From Octopus bimaculoides (taxonomy: Eukaryota), in assembly GCF_001194135.2 (NCBI RefSeq), contig NC_068986.1:73295901-73359900 (forward strand): 64,000 bases of DNA, written 5' to 3'. Below, piece after piece: positions 1 through 13,485 of this stretch. Every line of letters starts with the position of its first letter. Positions within the stretch are counted from its first letter, which is position 1. A program made the translations under genes and the position numbers. The notes below the pieces were generated by a model. That model was not told the origin of the DNA and made no database searches. It was given only the letters and a program-made list of their open reading frames with translations.

Positions 1-189
1 AAGGACAGACATGGTCTGTCACAGACTGTGCATACAAAAAGGTCCTTGTCATTCACCTTCTCAGTCTTCACCTTTTTCCTTAAATGTCTCTTGAGCCCTG
101 CTTGCATCATCCTGGCCTCTTCAAATGCTTTCACTCCACTCCACACCCTTGTTCGCCATCCAACTCGATATATATATATATATTTCGGA

Positions 190-523
190 GACCCCCTTCG
201 GTCATGACCGACCATGGGATTGCGTCTAGAAAGTTACTCTCCGAGGCACAAGTCTGGGCAAGGTTGTTTATGGAAGACCAACAGTCACCCATGCATATCA
301 GCCTCCCCTCTCCACACCACCGATGTTATCCAAGGTAAAGGCAAAGTTTAATACAGCTTGGTACCAGTGACATCACAATTCATTTCTACAGCTAAGTAAA
401 CTGGAGCAACGTGAAATAAAGTGTCTTGCTCAAGAACACAGCAAGCAGCCCGGTCCGGGATTCGAACTCACAACCTCACGGTCGTAAGTTTGACGCTCTA
501 ACCACTGAGCCATGCGCCTTCAC
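190..523 (-). mobile_element. tRNA-derived SINE, family D
   Basis: Reverse complement starts GTGAAGGCGCATGGCTCAGTGGTTAGAG (A-box), has a B-box, then TTCTTGAGCAAGACACTTTATTTCAC; homologous to copies at 36230 and 44231. Confidence 0.85.
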
Positions 524-599
524 TATATATATATGTGCGTGTATGTATACATGTGTGTGTTCATGTATACACGTATATATGTGTGTTATGTATACGTGC

Positions 600-642
600 A
601 TGTGTGTGTGTGTGTGTGTGTTTGTGTTTGTGTGTGTGTGTT

Positions 643-673
<31 letters not shown>

Positions 674-712
674 TTGTGTGTTTGTTTGTTTGTTTGTGTG
701 TATATATATATA
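600..712. repeat. (TG)n/(TTTG)n compound microsatellite
   Basis: Directly visible. Confidence 0.95.
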
Positions 713-879
713 AATTAAAAACGTAAAATTTAAATTAAATTAATTATTTATTAATTAATTTATTCTTTCACCTCGGCCACTATCTGGCATATACAGGTGC
801 TTGCAATTATCAAGTATTACCTCTAAAATTTGCTATATATATATATATGTATATATATGCATGCATGTATGCGTGTTTC

Positions 880-1000
880 TTTGTGTTTCCGTTTGTTCCC
901 CTATCACCGCTTGACAACCGGTATCGGTTTGTTTACGTGCCCGTAAGCTAGCAGTTCGGCAAAATGAACCGATAAAATAAGTTCTATATTTAAAAAGTCC
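880..1000 (+). mobile_element. SINE family A, 3' fragment
   Basis: CGCTTGACAACCGG...GTTCGGCAAAA..ACCGATA..ATAAGT matches the 3' half of the family A copies. Confidence 0.75.
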
Positions 1001-1756
1001 TGACACACACACACACACCCACCTACACCCACCAATAAAATCGGAGTCTAGTCACTTAGTTCATTGAGAAGAGCAGAATATGAATGAACAGGTCATCAGT
1101 CTGCGTCTCGAGTGTGTATTGACACACTCAGTTGACTAAGCGTCGTGTTTGTAAATAGTTATCACGGTCCAGATGCTTGTAAACAGATGTCACAGTCTAC
1201 TTACTTGTAAAAAGGTACTACGGAGATAACACTTGTAAAACGGTGTAATGTTTCGTTAGCTTTACTTGTACGTAGATACATTTTTAGGATTGGATGGGTT
1301 CCGCTAATCAGAGATGTACTCAAGATATACCATAGCTAGACCAAGTATTCAGTGTTGTCCATCAGCTTGTTATTGTATCTCAGCTAATGGATCAGGGCTG
1401 CCAATTTAATGCCCTTTTACAATTTACACCGCGAAAGTCCACCGAATTACGTGCCCGCGTAATTTTAGTGCTTTTTTAATGCTAAGTTAATGCTTTTTCA
1501 TTAAAGCGAAATTAGAATTTAATTCGGTATTTTCTGATCAAAAATCCAGACAGAAAAAAATTGTTATTCTGTTCTTTTTAAAACAAATCGTCTTTGAAGT
1601 TCGAAGAGTTAGAAAAAAAAATTGAAATAGAAATAAGTCTCAAATAAATCATTTGAATGTTCTTCAACATTTTAACATAAAAATTTTGATATTTAACAAG
1701 CAAATTAGCTACTTAGAAAATCCCTATAAGAGTTGAAAGCAGTAACTATACTAAGC

Positions 1757-2244
1757 AGTGATGTTTATTGCTATTTCAACATGGATGTTCAGCAGGAACC
1801 AACGAACCCCAAGATGACGCCTCCTCCATCTGATTATTCGATGCAATCTGCACCCGATATACATTGCCAGCAGAACAGTGAACTCCTATCATCTTCCAGC
1901 CACGAGACCACCAGACCGTCCGGTTTCGACCTCTTTGTGGTCATCTTCGGTGGTAGAATATTCGTCCGCTAGAGATAGCAGTAATTCACTCCAGTTCGCA
2001 GTATATATAAATCTAGTGACACAGACGAGTATCAACCACCGAGGATGACCACAGAGGTCGAAACCGTACGGTCTGGTGGTCTTGTGGCTGGAAGATGGTT
2101 GGGGTTCATTTCCTTGCTTGAAATATATATCGGGTGCAGATTACATCGAATAACCAGCTGGAGGAGGTGTCCTCCTGGGGTTAAAAATAACACTAATGTT
2201 GTTTCCTCCGGAACAGCCATGTTTAAGTGGCAATAAACATTACT
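1757..2244. repeat. Long inverted repeat (fold-back), arms about 1757-1967 and 2022-2244
   Basis: Left CATCTTCCAGCCACGAGACCACCAGACCGTCCGGTTTCGACCTC vs revcomp of right CATCTTCCAGCCACAAGACCACCAGACCGTACGGTTTCGACCTC; similarity extends out to ATGTTTATTGC at both ends. Confidence 0.9.
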
Positions 2245-2601
2245 TTCGATATTTACATTTATTTATGTGATATTTTGTGTGAGTTTAGGTGCCTTTTTTT
2301 GTAGTTTTCATTTTTATTTAGAGCTTTTTAGCAATCGAGATAGTACTTTGTAAAAAAATTTTGAAATGGTAGCCTTGTTAGTGATATCATTTTTGATATA
2401 AGCAATAGGAAGAGACAGTATATAATCGACGAGTCCATAATTAACTACAAAATAGACAGATCTTCCCAAGAGGTTGGCTGGTAAATACAGCGAAAATAAT
2501 GTCAGTTTTTCATTAAAAACTCAACGACCATAATTAAGGCGCATTAATTATAAAGATTCTAAGTTTGCTTCTCCATCAGTTTAATGGATGACTATCACCT
2601 A

Positions 2602-2640
<39 letters not shown>

Positions 2641-2645
<5 letters not shown>

Positions 2646-2850
2646 GGTACGTAGCTTAGTGGTTAGGATGTTGTACTCACGATCGCAAGATCGTGGTTTC
2701 GACAACTGAACTGAGCGGTTCGTTGTGTCCTTGAGCAAAACCATTTCGCGCCCCTCTGCGATCATTTCGACATGTAATGTGTGGCACACCGTGCACCTTG
2801 TACAATGTCGAGTCGATAGAGGGAGTGGGCTAATGTATAGTTCATACATT
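2641..2850 (+). mobile_element. tRNA-derived SINE, family G
   Basis: GTGAAGG..TAGTGGTTAGG head and B-box; body homologous to the revcomp of 17210-17410. Confidence 0.7.
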
Positions 2851-2882
2851 TTATAATTATAAACAAATTTTATATATATATA

Positions 2883-3058
2883 TACTCTTTTACTCTTTTA
2901 CTTGTTTCAGTCATTTGACTGCGGCCATGCTGGAGCACCGCCTTTAGTCGAGCAAATCGATCCCAGGACTTATTCTTTGTAAGCCTAGTACTTATTCTAT
3001 CGGTCTCTTTTGCCGAACCGCTAAGTTACGGGACGTTAACACACCAGCATCGGTTGTC
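2883..3058 (-). mobile_element. SINE family A, 3' half, running into an N-gap
   Basis: TACTCTTTTACTTGTTTCAGTCATTTGACTGCGGCCATGCTGGAGCACCGCC, near-identical to copies at 35480, 46866 and 48382. Confidence 0.9.
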
Positions 3059-3077
3059 ACACACACACACACACACA

Positions 3078-3316
3078 NNNNNNNNNNNNNNNNNNNNNNN
3101 NNNNNNNNNNNNNNNNNNNNNNNNNNNNNNNNNNNNNNNNNNNNNNNNNNNNNNNNNNNNNNNNNNNNNNNNNNNNNNNNNNNNNNNNNNNNNNNNNNNN
3201 NNNNNNNNNNNNNNNNNNNNNNNNNNNNNNNNNNNNNNNNNNNNNNNNNNNNNNNNNNNNNNNNNNNNNNNNNNNNNNNNNNNNNNNNNNNNNNNNNNNN
3301 NNNNNNNNNNNNNNNN
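3078..3316. other. Assembly gap
   Basis: N run between (CA)n and (TA)n. Other gaps: 3884-4750, 7453-7884, 12337-12429, 24035-24220, 35672-35739, 48682-48691. Confidence 0.99.
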
Positions 3317-3438
3317 TATATATATATATATATTTATATTTGAAATATGTATATACGTGTATAACTTGCATTCTACATAGCATTCATATTTCCATATATA
3401 ACATGTATATAGATGTATATGTTCTCTCTATATCCTTC

Positions 3439-3883
3439 TGGCTGTGTGGTCAGAAGGTTACTTCCCACCTACATGGTTCCGGGTTCAGTTCTTCTGCGTG
3501 ACACCATGGGTGTCATCTACTATAGCCTCATGTCAACCAAAGCCTTGTGAGTGGACTTGATTGACGGAAACTGAAAGAAGCCCGTCGTACATACACACAC
3601 GTGTATGTGTGTATTTGTTTGTCTCTTGCTTATAGCTTGGCAACTTGTGTCGGTGCGTTTACGTCTCCGTAATATACCGGTTCGGCAAAAGAAACCGATA
3701 GAATTACCAGGCTTTCAAAAGGCGTGGTTGTGTGTTAAGAAACATGCTTACAAACCTCATGATTCCGGGTTCAGTACCACTGTATGACACCTTGGGCATG
3801 TATCTTCTACTATAGCCTCGGACCGACCAAAGCCTTGTGAGTGGATTTGGTAGACAGAAACTGAAAGAAACCTGTTATATATA
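3439..3883 (+). mobile_element. Two tandem SINE family A copies
   Basis: Two TGG(C/T)TGTGTG(G/T)T heads (about 3439 and 3721), each followed by GGTTCCGGGTTCAGT and GTGAGTGGA.TTG. Confidence 0.85.
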
Positions 3884-4820
3884 NNNNNNNNNNNNNNNNN
3901 NNNNNNNNNNNNNNNNNNNNNNNNNNNNNNNNNNNNNNNNNNNNNNNNNNNNNNNNNNNNNNNNNNNNNNNNNNNNNNNNNNNNNNNNNNNNNNNNNNNN
4001 NNNNNNNNNNNNNNNNNNNNNNNNNNNNNNNNNNNNNNNNNNNNNNNNNNNNNNNNNNNNNNNNNNNNNNNNNNNNNNNNNNNNNNNNNNNNNNNNNNNN
4101 NNNNNNNNNNNNNNNNNNNNNNNNNNNNNNNNNNNNNNNNNNNNNNNNNNNNNNNNNNNNNNNNNNNNNNNNNNNNNNNNNNNNNNNNNNNNNNNNNNNN
4201 NNNNNNNNNNNNNNNNNNNNNNNNNNNNNNNNNNNNNNNNNNNNNNNNNNNNNNNNNNNNNNNNNNNNNNNNNNNNNNNNNNNNNNNNNNNNNNNNNNNN
4301 NNNNNNNNNNNNNNNNNNNNNNNNNNNNNNNNNNNNNNNNNNNNNNNNNNNNNNNNNNNNNNNNNNNNNNNNNNNNNNNNNNNNNNNNNNNNNNNNNNNN
4401 NNNNNNNNNNNNNNNNNNNNNNNNNNNNNNNNNNNNNNNNNNNNNNNNNNNNNNNNNNNNNNNNNNNNNNNNNNNNNNNNNNNNNNNNNNNNNNNNNNNN
4501 NNNNNNNNNNNNNNNNNNNNNNNNNNNNNNNNNNNNNNNNNNNNNNNNNNNNNNNNNNNNNNNNNNNNNNNNNNNNNNNNNNNNNNNNNNNNNNNNNNNN
4601 NNNNNNNNNNNNNNNNNNNNNNNNNNNNNNNNNNNNNNNNNNNNNNNNNNNNNNNNNNNNNNNNNNNNNNNNNNNNNNNNNNNNNNNNNNNNNNNNNNNN
4701 NNNNNNNNNNNNNNNNNNNNNNNNNNNNNNNNNNNNNNNNNNNNNNNNNNATCCCACGTAGAATGATCTTTTCCTCTGTCCGTCTCTCTCTCTGTCTCTG
4801 TCTCTCTCTCATTATTTCCC

Positions 4821-4884
<64 letters not shown>

Positions 4885-5288
4885 CCGAGTGTGTGTGTGT
4901 CTATGTATATTCATATACCATCTACAGCGTAGAAAAGCCAATAAATGTATTTAATAATGCACAAAGCTCTTAAATTCATTTTAATTTAAATTTATTGCAT
5001 GAATAGTTACACTTTTTCTGTCCCACAGTTGCTACCTGTTCGGTAATGATAATGATGGTGGTGGTGATGCAGGTGAGCAGGTTTAGTCTTAGTGACTTTC
5101 GTAGTTTCTATCCTTATGTACGTATGTATGTATGTATGTATGTATGTATGTATGTATGTATGTATGCATGCATGCATTTATGCATGTATGTATATATATA
5201 CATGCATTACCTGTTGAGTGGTGCACTTTGAAATGGTTCAACATCTCACCTAGTTGAACTGAAATTGTACTACCTAGGTCCATCTCTC

Positions 5289-5343
<55 letters not shown>

Positions 5344-5689
5344 GTATGTATATATATAACGCATGTGCATGAGTGTGTTCTTTACTTTTTATGACGGTAG
5401 GATGGTATTTAAGGGAAATTTGGCTGCTACTTTTAGCAGGTAAGGCGATCAGGTACAGGCTCCCCTCACTGATTTTTTTTTGTATTTGCTGTCAATTATT
5501 TCTACTCACACTCCACCCGCATCCTACACAGACGCGCAAATATATACGTCCACGTACACACACGCATTTATACATCGTTTACCGTCCATTATATCTTACC
5601 TTTCAACTTCCTCACTTATATTTAATCACACACTTCACCACAGGTTTTCCTTACTTAGTAAACTATTCTGTTTTCAAAAAGTATATTCA

Positions 5690-6034
5690 TATCTATCTAT
5701 CTATCTATCTATCTGTCTATTTATCTATCTATCTATCTATCTGTCTATTTATTTATCTATCTATCTGTCTATTTATTTATCTATCTATCTGTCTATTTAT
5801 TTATCTATCTATCTATCTGTCTATTTATTTATCTATCTATCTATCTGTCTATTTATTTATCTATCTATCTATCTGTCTATTTATTTATCTATCTATCTAT
5901 CTGTCTATTTATCTATCTATCTATCTGTCTATTTATCTATCTATCTCTGTCTATTTATCTATCTATCTATCTGTCTATTTATCTATCTATCTATCTGTCT
6001 ATCTATCTATCTATCTATCTATCTGTCTATTTAT

Positions 6035-6065
<31 letters not shown>

Positions 6066-6179
6066 GATTTCTCTCTCTCTTTCTATCTATCTGTAGACTT
6101 ATCTGTCTACCCTCTCTCTCTCTACTTATCTATCTATTTGTAAATTTTTCTCTCTCTCTCTTTCTGTCTATCTGTAGAC

Positions 6180-6249
<70 letters not shown>

Positions 6250-6350
6250 GTGTCTGCCTGTCTGTCTGTCGACCTCTCTCGCTTTCTCTCTGTATATCTA
6301 TTTGTCGACCTATCTACCTATCTATTTGTCGACCTATCTATCTGTCTGTT
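5690..6350. repeat. Compound (TCTA)n/(TCTG)/(TTTA) microsatellite with about 20-28 bp higher-order periodicity
   Basis: Repeated ATCTATCTATCTGTCTATTTATTT units; source of the spurious 256/310 aa ORFs. Confidence 0.95.
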
Positions 6351-6899
6351 TGTGTGTGTGTGTATGTGTTTCATTATACCTCCTTCAATATAGTTTTCAT
6401 TCTCCCATTTAGATCGCAAATATCTAATCGTCTGCTCTCTCCCGTATACCTATCTTATTTCTTATCTCCATACACTCCTTCTTCGTTCTTTCCCTCTCAC
6501 CATTTCTCTCTCTCACCTTCTCTCTATCCCAAGACCGGCTGTTTTTATTTTCTATCATTTCGTATTCTTCTTCATTACATCCTCTCATTACGTCCAACCT
6601 CCACCTCTCCCAAAACACACGTACATCTCTCCTCTCTTTTTTACCCAATGTGTTTCTTTCATTTCACCCCCTCTTTCTTCTGTCTCCACAATATCAATCT
6701 TTCTTCCTCTTCCTCCAAATATCTATTTATATAATCTTTACTAACAAACCATGGGGAAAAAAATAGCCCCGTTTCTCTCCTCCTTTCACTCATTTCCTCC
6801 CATCATCTTTTCTTATCTTTCATTCCGTTCATTTATCATTCTCTCGTTTCCATCCTCTCTCTCTCTATCTATCCCAATCTTCTCCTCTCTCTTTCTCTC

Positions 6900-6911
6900 A
6901 ATCTGTCTGCC

Positions 6912-6996
<85 letters not shown>

Positions 6997-7030
6997 CCCT
7001 CCCTCTCTCTCTGTCTCTCTCTCTCTCTCA
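6900..7030. repeat. (TCTG)n and (TC)n microsatellite
   Basis: Directly visible. Confidence 0.95.
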
Positions 7031-7410
7031 CATACACACTATCTGACACCCTTTCTGTCTATTTCTATATCTATCATTCTATCTATCTCCCTCTCTCCGC
7101 CTCTCTAACTGCCTCTTGAGATGCGGAATTCCATCAGCAGGGCCTAAAACAGTACCAATAAGTTGGGTTGGTACTAAAGCTACGTCTTGTAGCGGCCCTC
7201 TTTGCCACACATTTATTTTATTACTGCAGCGGCACTCACTGTACCACTTGGGCTGGTCGCTTGGCAGCGACTCCTGGATAAACTGTATGGGTGTGTGTGT
7301 GTATGTTTGAATGAGTGTAGTGTAGAAGACATTTACACATTTTACACAAAGGCAATAATATATATACAACAACGACTTCACACAGCAATGAATATATCGA
7401 TATAATTACT

Positions 7411-7452
<42 letters not shown>

Positions 7453-8284
7453 NNNNNNNNNNNNNNNNNNNNNNNNNNNNNNNNNNNNNNNNNNNNNNNN
7501 NNNNNNNNNNNNNNNNNNNNNNNNNNNNNNNNNNNNNNNNNNNNNNNNNNNNNNNNNNNNNNNNNNNNNNNNNNNNNNNNNNNNNNNNNNNNNNNNNNNN
7601 NNNNNNNNNNNNNNNNNNNNNNNNNNNNNNNNNNNNNNNNNNNNNNNNNNNNNNNNNNNNNNNNNNNNNNNNNNNNNNNNNNNNNNNNNNNNNNNNNNNN
7701 NNNNNNNNNNNNNNNNNNNNNNNNNNNNNNNNNNNNNNNNNNNNNNNNNNNNNNNNNNNNNNNNNNNNNNNNNNNNNNNNNNNNNNNNNNNNNNNNNNNN
7801 NNNNNNNNNNNNNNNNNNNNNNNNNNNNNNNNNNNNNNNNNNNNNNNNNNNNNNNNNNNNNNNNNNNNNNNNNNNNNNNNNNNNATATATATATATATAG
7901 TTAGAGATAGAAAGCGGGAAATAGAGAGGGGTATGCAAGATAGAGAGCATATTGATGTGTGCTGTGTTTAACGAACGGTCGGGCGAATAACACCCTCCAT
8001 GGAATTAATAGGAACGGTCCTGAAGTGTGAGGTGATCACACTGTCTCCCCACTGCAGCCAAGCATCTGTGCATTATATTCTCGGCGAACACCAAAGTTCC
8101 ACGGAGCAATCATTCATGTATTATTTGTTACTCGTTGAAAACCATTCATGATGATGACGACAACAACAACAACAACAACGCCCACAAGTTTTCAGTCACA
8201 CCGGTTGGTCTTCAAATATATTTTTTAAAATTCTTTTGTCAATGTCAGTTTTATTTTAAATTATAAAAATCTGTATATGTGACA

Positions 8285-8349
<65 letters not shown>

Positions 8350-8470
8350 TATTTATATAATACACACACTGATACATATGATGCATACATACATACACAC
8401 ACATGTACGCACTCACGTAATACATTCGTAAATAAATGCCAATGTACGTTTTTTTGTATTGTTTGTTGTC

Positions 8471-8501
<31 letters not shown>

Positions 8502-8765
8502 ACACGTAAACGTATTTGTGCAAAGCAATATATCTGTGTACACACACACATACACACACACACGCACACACACACACATGTATACACACACACATGTATA
8601 CACACACACATACACATGTGTATGTTTAATTTTACATGTTTATGTAGAAGTTAGCGTACACTTTTATTTCAATGTCAGACCATCCCACTTAAGCAATCAA
8701 AAGCATAAACGAGTACAAACACGTGTCTGGATGTGTGTGTGTATGTGTGTGAATGCGCGCACGTG

Positions 8766-8803
<38 letters not shown>

Positions 8804-8926
8804 TGAATGTATGTAAACAAATTACATGTGAGAATGAATACATTTACACGTACATATACATATAGGTACGTGCATATAGACAGACATTTATTTTACGTAG
8901 CACACAGCCACACGCACTCTCTCTCA

Positions 8927-8997
<71 letters not shown>

Positions 8998-9000
8998 ATA
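8285..9000. repeat. Cluster of (CA)n/(TG)n microsatellites
   Basis: Directly visible. Confidence 0.95.
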
Positions 9001-9122
9001 TCTATAAATGTTCGGTATCACCTCTCTGCTGGAGAGAGGTGATACTATCGCTCTCTTTCGGCGCTGTGATTTCCCTTCGGTAGATATGAGGCGGGGTATG
9101 TCCCGCTGTGCAAGCTGTATGT

Positions 9123-9166
<44 letters not shown>

Positions 9167-9471
9167 ATATCTTATCTATCAATCAATCAAGGTACAAACA
9201 GACAGATATGCATGTGTTTCATGTGTAAAGAAAAAAACCCGTGTTTCTTTATTATTACAAACACGTTGTTCTACTCCAATTCACATCACAGCTGACCCAT
9301 AAACAACCGTAAAAATATCAACAACGAGGGTAGAAACAATTACAACAACAACAATAATATCTGCAAACTAATATATTTCTAATAATATAACAAGACCAGG
9401 CATTGTGACTGTCATTGGCAAAAAAAAATGTTAAGTAAATACATTGTTAAAGATATTCCAGGTATGACGTA

Positions 9472-9855
9472 CGCATGGCTGTGTAGTAAGAAGGTTGTTT
9501 CCCGACCTCACGGTTTCGGGTTCAATCCCACTATGTGGCACCTGATGCAAGTGGCTTTTACTATAACTTCGGGTTGAGCAAGTATTGTGAGTGAATTTAG
9601 GAGACGGTAATTGAAACTCGTCGTGTGTGTGTATACGTGTGTCTATGTTTGTCACCTCACCTCTTGACATCGAATGTTGGTATGTTTACATCACCGTAAC
9701 ATAGCGGTTCGGTAAAAGAAACCGATCGAGTAAGTTCCAGACTTGAAACAGATAAAGTATCGGGGTCGATTTGTGCAATTAAAACACTTCAAGGCGGTGC
9801 CCCAGCGTGGCTACAGTCAAATGACTGAAACAAGTAAAAGATAAAAGATAAAAGA
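9472..9855 (+). mobile_element. SINE family A, full-length, diverged
   Basis: tRNA head, internal TG tract, 3' AAATGACTGAAACAAGTAAAAGATAAAAGA tail. Confidence 0.85.
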
Positions 9856-10474
9856 TCCTGTTTATTCCGTGTCCTTTTCGAAAATGATGCTGTGTAATTT
9901 GAAGAAGAGACTTGGCTACTATTTCTAGCTGTTTGCAGGACCACATTGTGGATTTTTTTTGCTAGCTCGGAACCTTCCCCACCGTCATCATATTGCATAG
10001 CTTTGAGGAAAATATGAAGAGGTGGAGGTAGAGGAGTGAGCATTGCTTCTCCAACTAGCTTCTTGTGATCACTCATTTACTAGCGATCATTTCACCTGAG
10101 GTCATTTACCTGTGTCGTTTTATTTACGTGTGGCGGTCCATTATTCGTGTTTCTAGTTTTCTACCTGTGCTAATAACTTACCTGTAGATAATTCATTGGT
10201 TAACTCTTTACTAAACACAAAACTCTTCACCGTTCGTATTTAGCTAGCTTTCCTACTTAAAGAGTTTATCTTCACCGCCGTCGCACCGCCACTACCACTA
10301 CTACTACTATTACTACGTGAAGGTTCTGGGGGAAATTCTTCATCGATTTCGATGATGAGCACAGTCAGTTATTGGATCAAGTGAATTCTTGCGAAATTTA
10401 TATCTTAGCGGTTGTGTATTCTACAGATACGCGCACCTTTACTATAATGTACATATATACATCAATAGATGCAT

Positions 10475-10631
10475 AGGCGTGGCTGTGTGGTAAGGAGCTT
10501 GCTTTCCAACCGCAAGGTTCCGGGTTCAGTCCCACCGCGTGGCACCTTGGATAAGTGTCTTCTACTGTAAACCCGGGCCGACCAAAGTTTTATGAGTGGA
10601 TTTGGTAGACGAATACTGAAAGAAACCCGTC

Positions 10632-10697
<66 letters not shown>

Positions 10698-10901
10698 GTA
10701 TATATTTCTGTCCTCTGTGTCTGTTTGTCCCCCCTCCACCGCCTGACGTAAGTCCCCGTAACTTAGCGGTTCGGCAAAAGAGCCTGATAGGATAAGTACC
10801 AGGCTTACAATAAACAAGTCCTGGGGGCGATTTGCTCGACTAAAGGCGGTGCTCCAGCATGGCTGTAATCAAATGACTGAAATAAGTAAAAAAAATAAAA
10901 G
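10475..10901 (+). mobile_element. SINE family A, full-length
   Basis: AGGCGTGGCTGTGTGGTAAG head, internal (TA)n, GGCGGTGCTCCAGCATGG 3' part. Confidence 0.92.
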
Positions 10902-11984
10902 AACACACACGCACGCAATTACTTGCTGGATCCCATAGAATCGAGGTATTTTAATAATAAGAACACCCAGGTAGAGTCAAGGTTAGCATACCCATGTATC
11001 AACTGTGTGTACGGACACTCACGTACTTACTAGAGTACATACGGATTTGTCCTTCCAGTTAGGCATGCATCCACAAGTATAGACAAGAGCCACGGTCCAC
11101 TGTAGGCTCAAGATCCAACGCAGGAAAGGTTCCGAGTGTGGTATAGTATAAATAACAGAAACGTGTGTGCGTATGTGTGTGTGTATGCATATACCTCGCG
11201 GCCTTTGTCAAAGTACATCTCTAGGAAAAGCTGGATCTTTGAATTTTTTTGTATTGTCCATCCGTCAGGTTTTCTCTAATTGTTTTTAGTACCTATGAAG
11301 TCACGGCTTGGCGTAGTGTTCGTCTATCTAAAATTCACTTAAAAGACTTGGGTTAATCTGAGGCTATAATCAATGTACTTTTCCCCAGTTGCCAAGCTGT
11401 GTAATTGAACCTTGGACTTCATATTGCGAAACCAGCTTCTTAACTACTCAGACATGCTTTCTTTCTATCTTGGCCGAAATCGTTCAACTAAATCGTCTTC
11501 CCATAGTCGTGGAAGCTTTCGGAGTGATCTTTTATTCAATCTCTAGGCTACCATTCGACAGCTGCTGCACCCGTCCACCTGTTGTCTGCGAACCTTACGC
11601 CATGTTCGGCCCAGTGGAATTTGTGCTTTTGTGTGTGTGTGTGTGTGTACTCCTCAGCATTTGTTAAACGCGTTTCTAGAAGAAAGTGACTCCAATATAA
11701 AACCGGATAAAGTTTTTGTTTCAATATCTGGATTGGGTGGCGCCATGTGACCTTGGCCAAGGCATTTCATTTGACGTTGCTCCTATTTCGACAACTGTAA
11801 TGAGTACCAGCGGGATGGTTGGCGTGCAGCCCTCTTTGTCTCCAGTTGTCATATCTTAAATGTTCTGCTCGCTCAAGGATGACGGTGACGGAGAAGATAT
11901 GTGCCCAACCGTGACTACACAGGCACCTAAAACAATTAGAGAAAGCATGGTTCGTGCTACCCAGTCATATTTGTTTGTGGGTTA

Positions 11985-12252
11985 TGGCTGTGGCTGTGTG
12001 ATAAAAAGTTTGCATTCCAACCAAACGGTTCTGGGTTCAATCCCAAGCCCATTGTGTGTATGTATGTGTTTGTGTTTGTTTGTGTGTTCCTCACTACCGT
12101 TTTAAAACCGGAGTTTGTTTACATCTCCGCAACTTAGCGGTTCGCCCTAAAAGATCGTTTAAAAAATGTACTAAGCCCGGTTCTTTCGACTAAGACCATG
12201 CAAAGCGGTGCCCCAGCATAGCCCGCTGCCCAATGACTAAACCAAGCAGAAC
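11985..12252 (+). mobile_element. SINE family A, internally deleted
   Basis: Head and 3' half present, middle section missing. Confidence 0.7.
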
Positions 12253-12293
12253 AAAAGTGTGTGCGTGCATTCGTGCATGCGCGTTTATACATA

Positions 12294-12336
<43 letters not shown>

Positions 12337-12435
12337 NNNNNNNNNNNNNNNNNNNNNNNNNNNNNNNNNNNNNNNNNNNNNNNNNNNNNNNNNNNNNNNN
12401 NNNNNNNNNNNNNNNNNNNNNNNNNNNNNGTGTGC

Positions 12436-12571
<136 letters not shown>

Positions 12572-13309
12572 TGGTGTAACGTCTTATAAAATGAGATGGT
12601 CCTGGTTGGAATTCCTCTGTCAAACATTGCTCCGCTCAATAAATGTTCATTCGGGGCTAAATGACGAAAACAACGGCAGCAACAACAACCAATTCTCTAC
12701 CTCCACCCACAAGTCATGTAGGTCACTCACACCAGCATTTTGAAAATGTCCCCGAGGTCTAGTCTTTAGTCTTTACATTCACTGTCACGGGAATCAGTGA
12801 TTGATTAATCGCTTCCAGAGGGGGGAAAAAACTGGTTTCTCAGACTTCTAAAATCTTTTAGCTTGTTTCTCCACCTCCAGCATTTTAGCTACGTAACATC
12901 ATCTTAGCTACTCTACATCACACCGCCGTCATCTTACATACGTCACACCACAAACCTAGTTATACTATTAAGGTCTTAACAACAACACACCATGGTCTAA
13001 CATTAACCCTACCGCAGTCTTAGTTATCACCACTACCATCACAGCTGCACCACAACCCTAGCTACATCACATCATTTTAGCCACGTCAAAGTAACACTGT
13101 ACTCCCATCCTAGCTGCATTGTACCACCGTCATAGGTGATATAGTGCGCTAAGTGGAAGGATGAATGGCTATTCGACAACGCGGGGCTTGAACGCAGATC
13201 AAGGGCCGGAATAATTATCGCAAGATATTTTATTCGACGCTCTGACGATTCTTATTTCTTTTTTGCCCACAAGGGGCTAAACATAGAAAGGACAAACAAG
13301 GACAGACAA

Positions 13310-13485
13310 AGGGATTAAGTCGATTATATCGACCCCACTGCGTAACTGGTACTTATTTAATCGATCCCGAAAGGATGAAAGGCAAAGTTGACCTCGGCGG
13401 AATTTGAACTCAGAACGTAAAGACAGACGAAATACCGCTAAGCATTTCGTCCGGCGTGCTAACGTTTCTGCCAGCTTGCCGCCTT
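13310..13485 (-). mobile_element. SINE family B
   Basis: GATGAAAGGCAAAGTTGACCTCGGCGGAATTTGAACTCAGAACG; CpGs retained. Confidence 0.88.

Noticed and set aside
1394-1530. CAGGGCTGCCAATT as a hAT TIR enclosing the 1.76-2.24 kb hairpin
   Set aside because: No matching right TIR or TSD found
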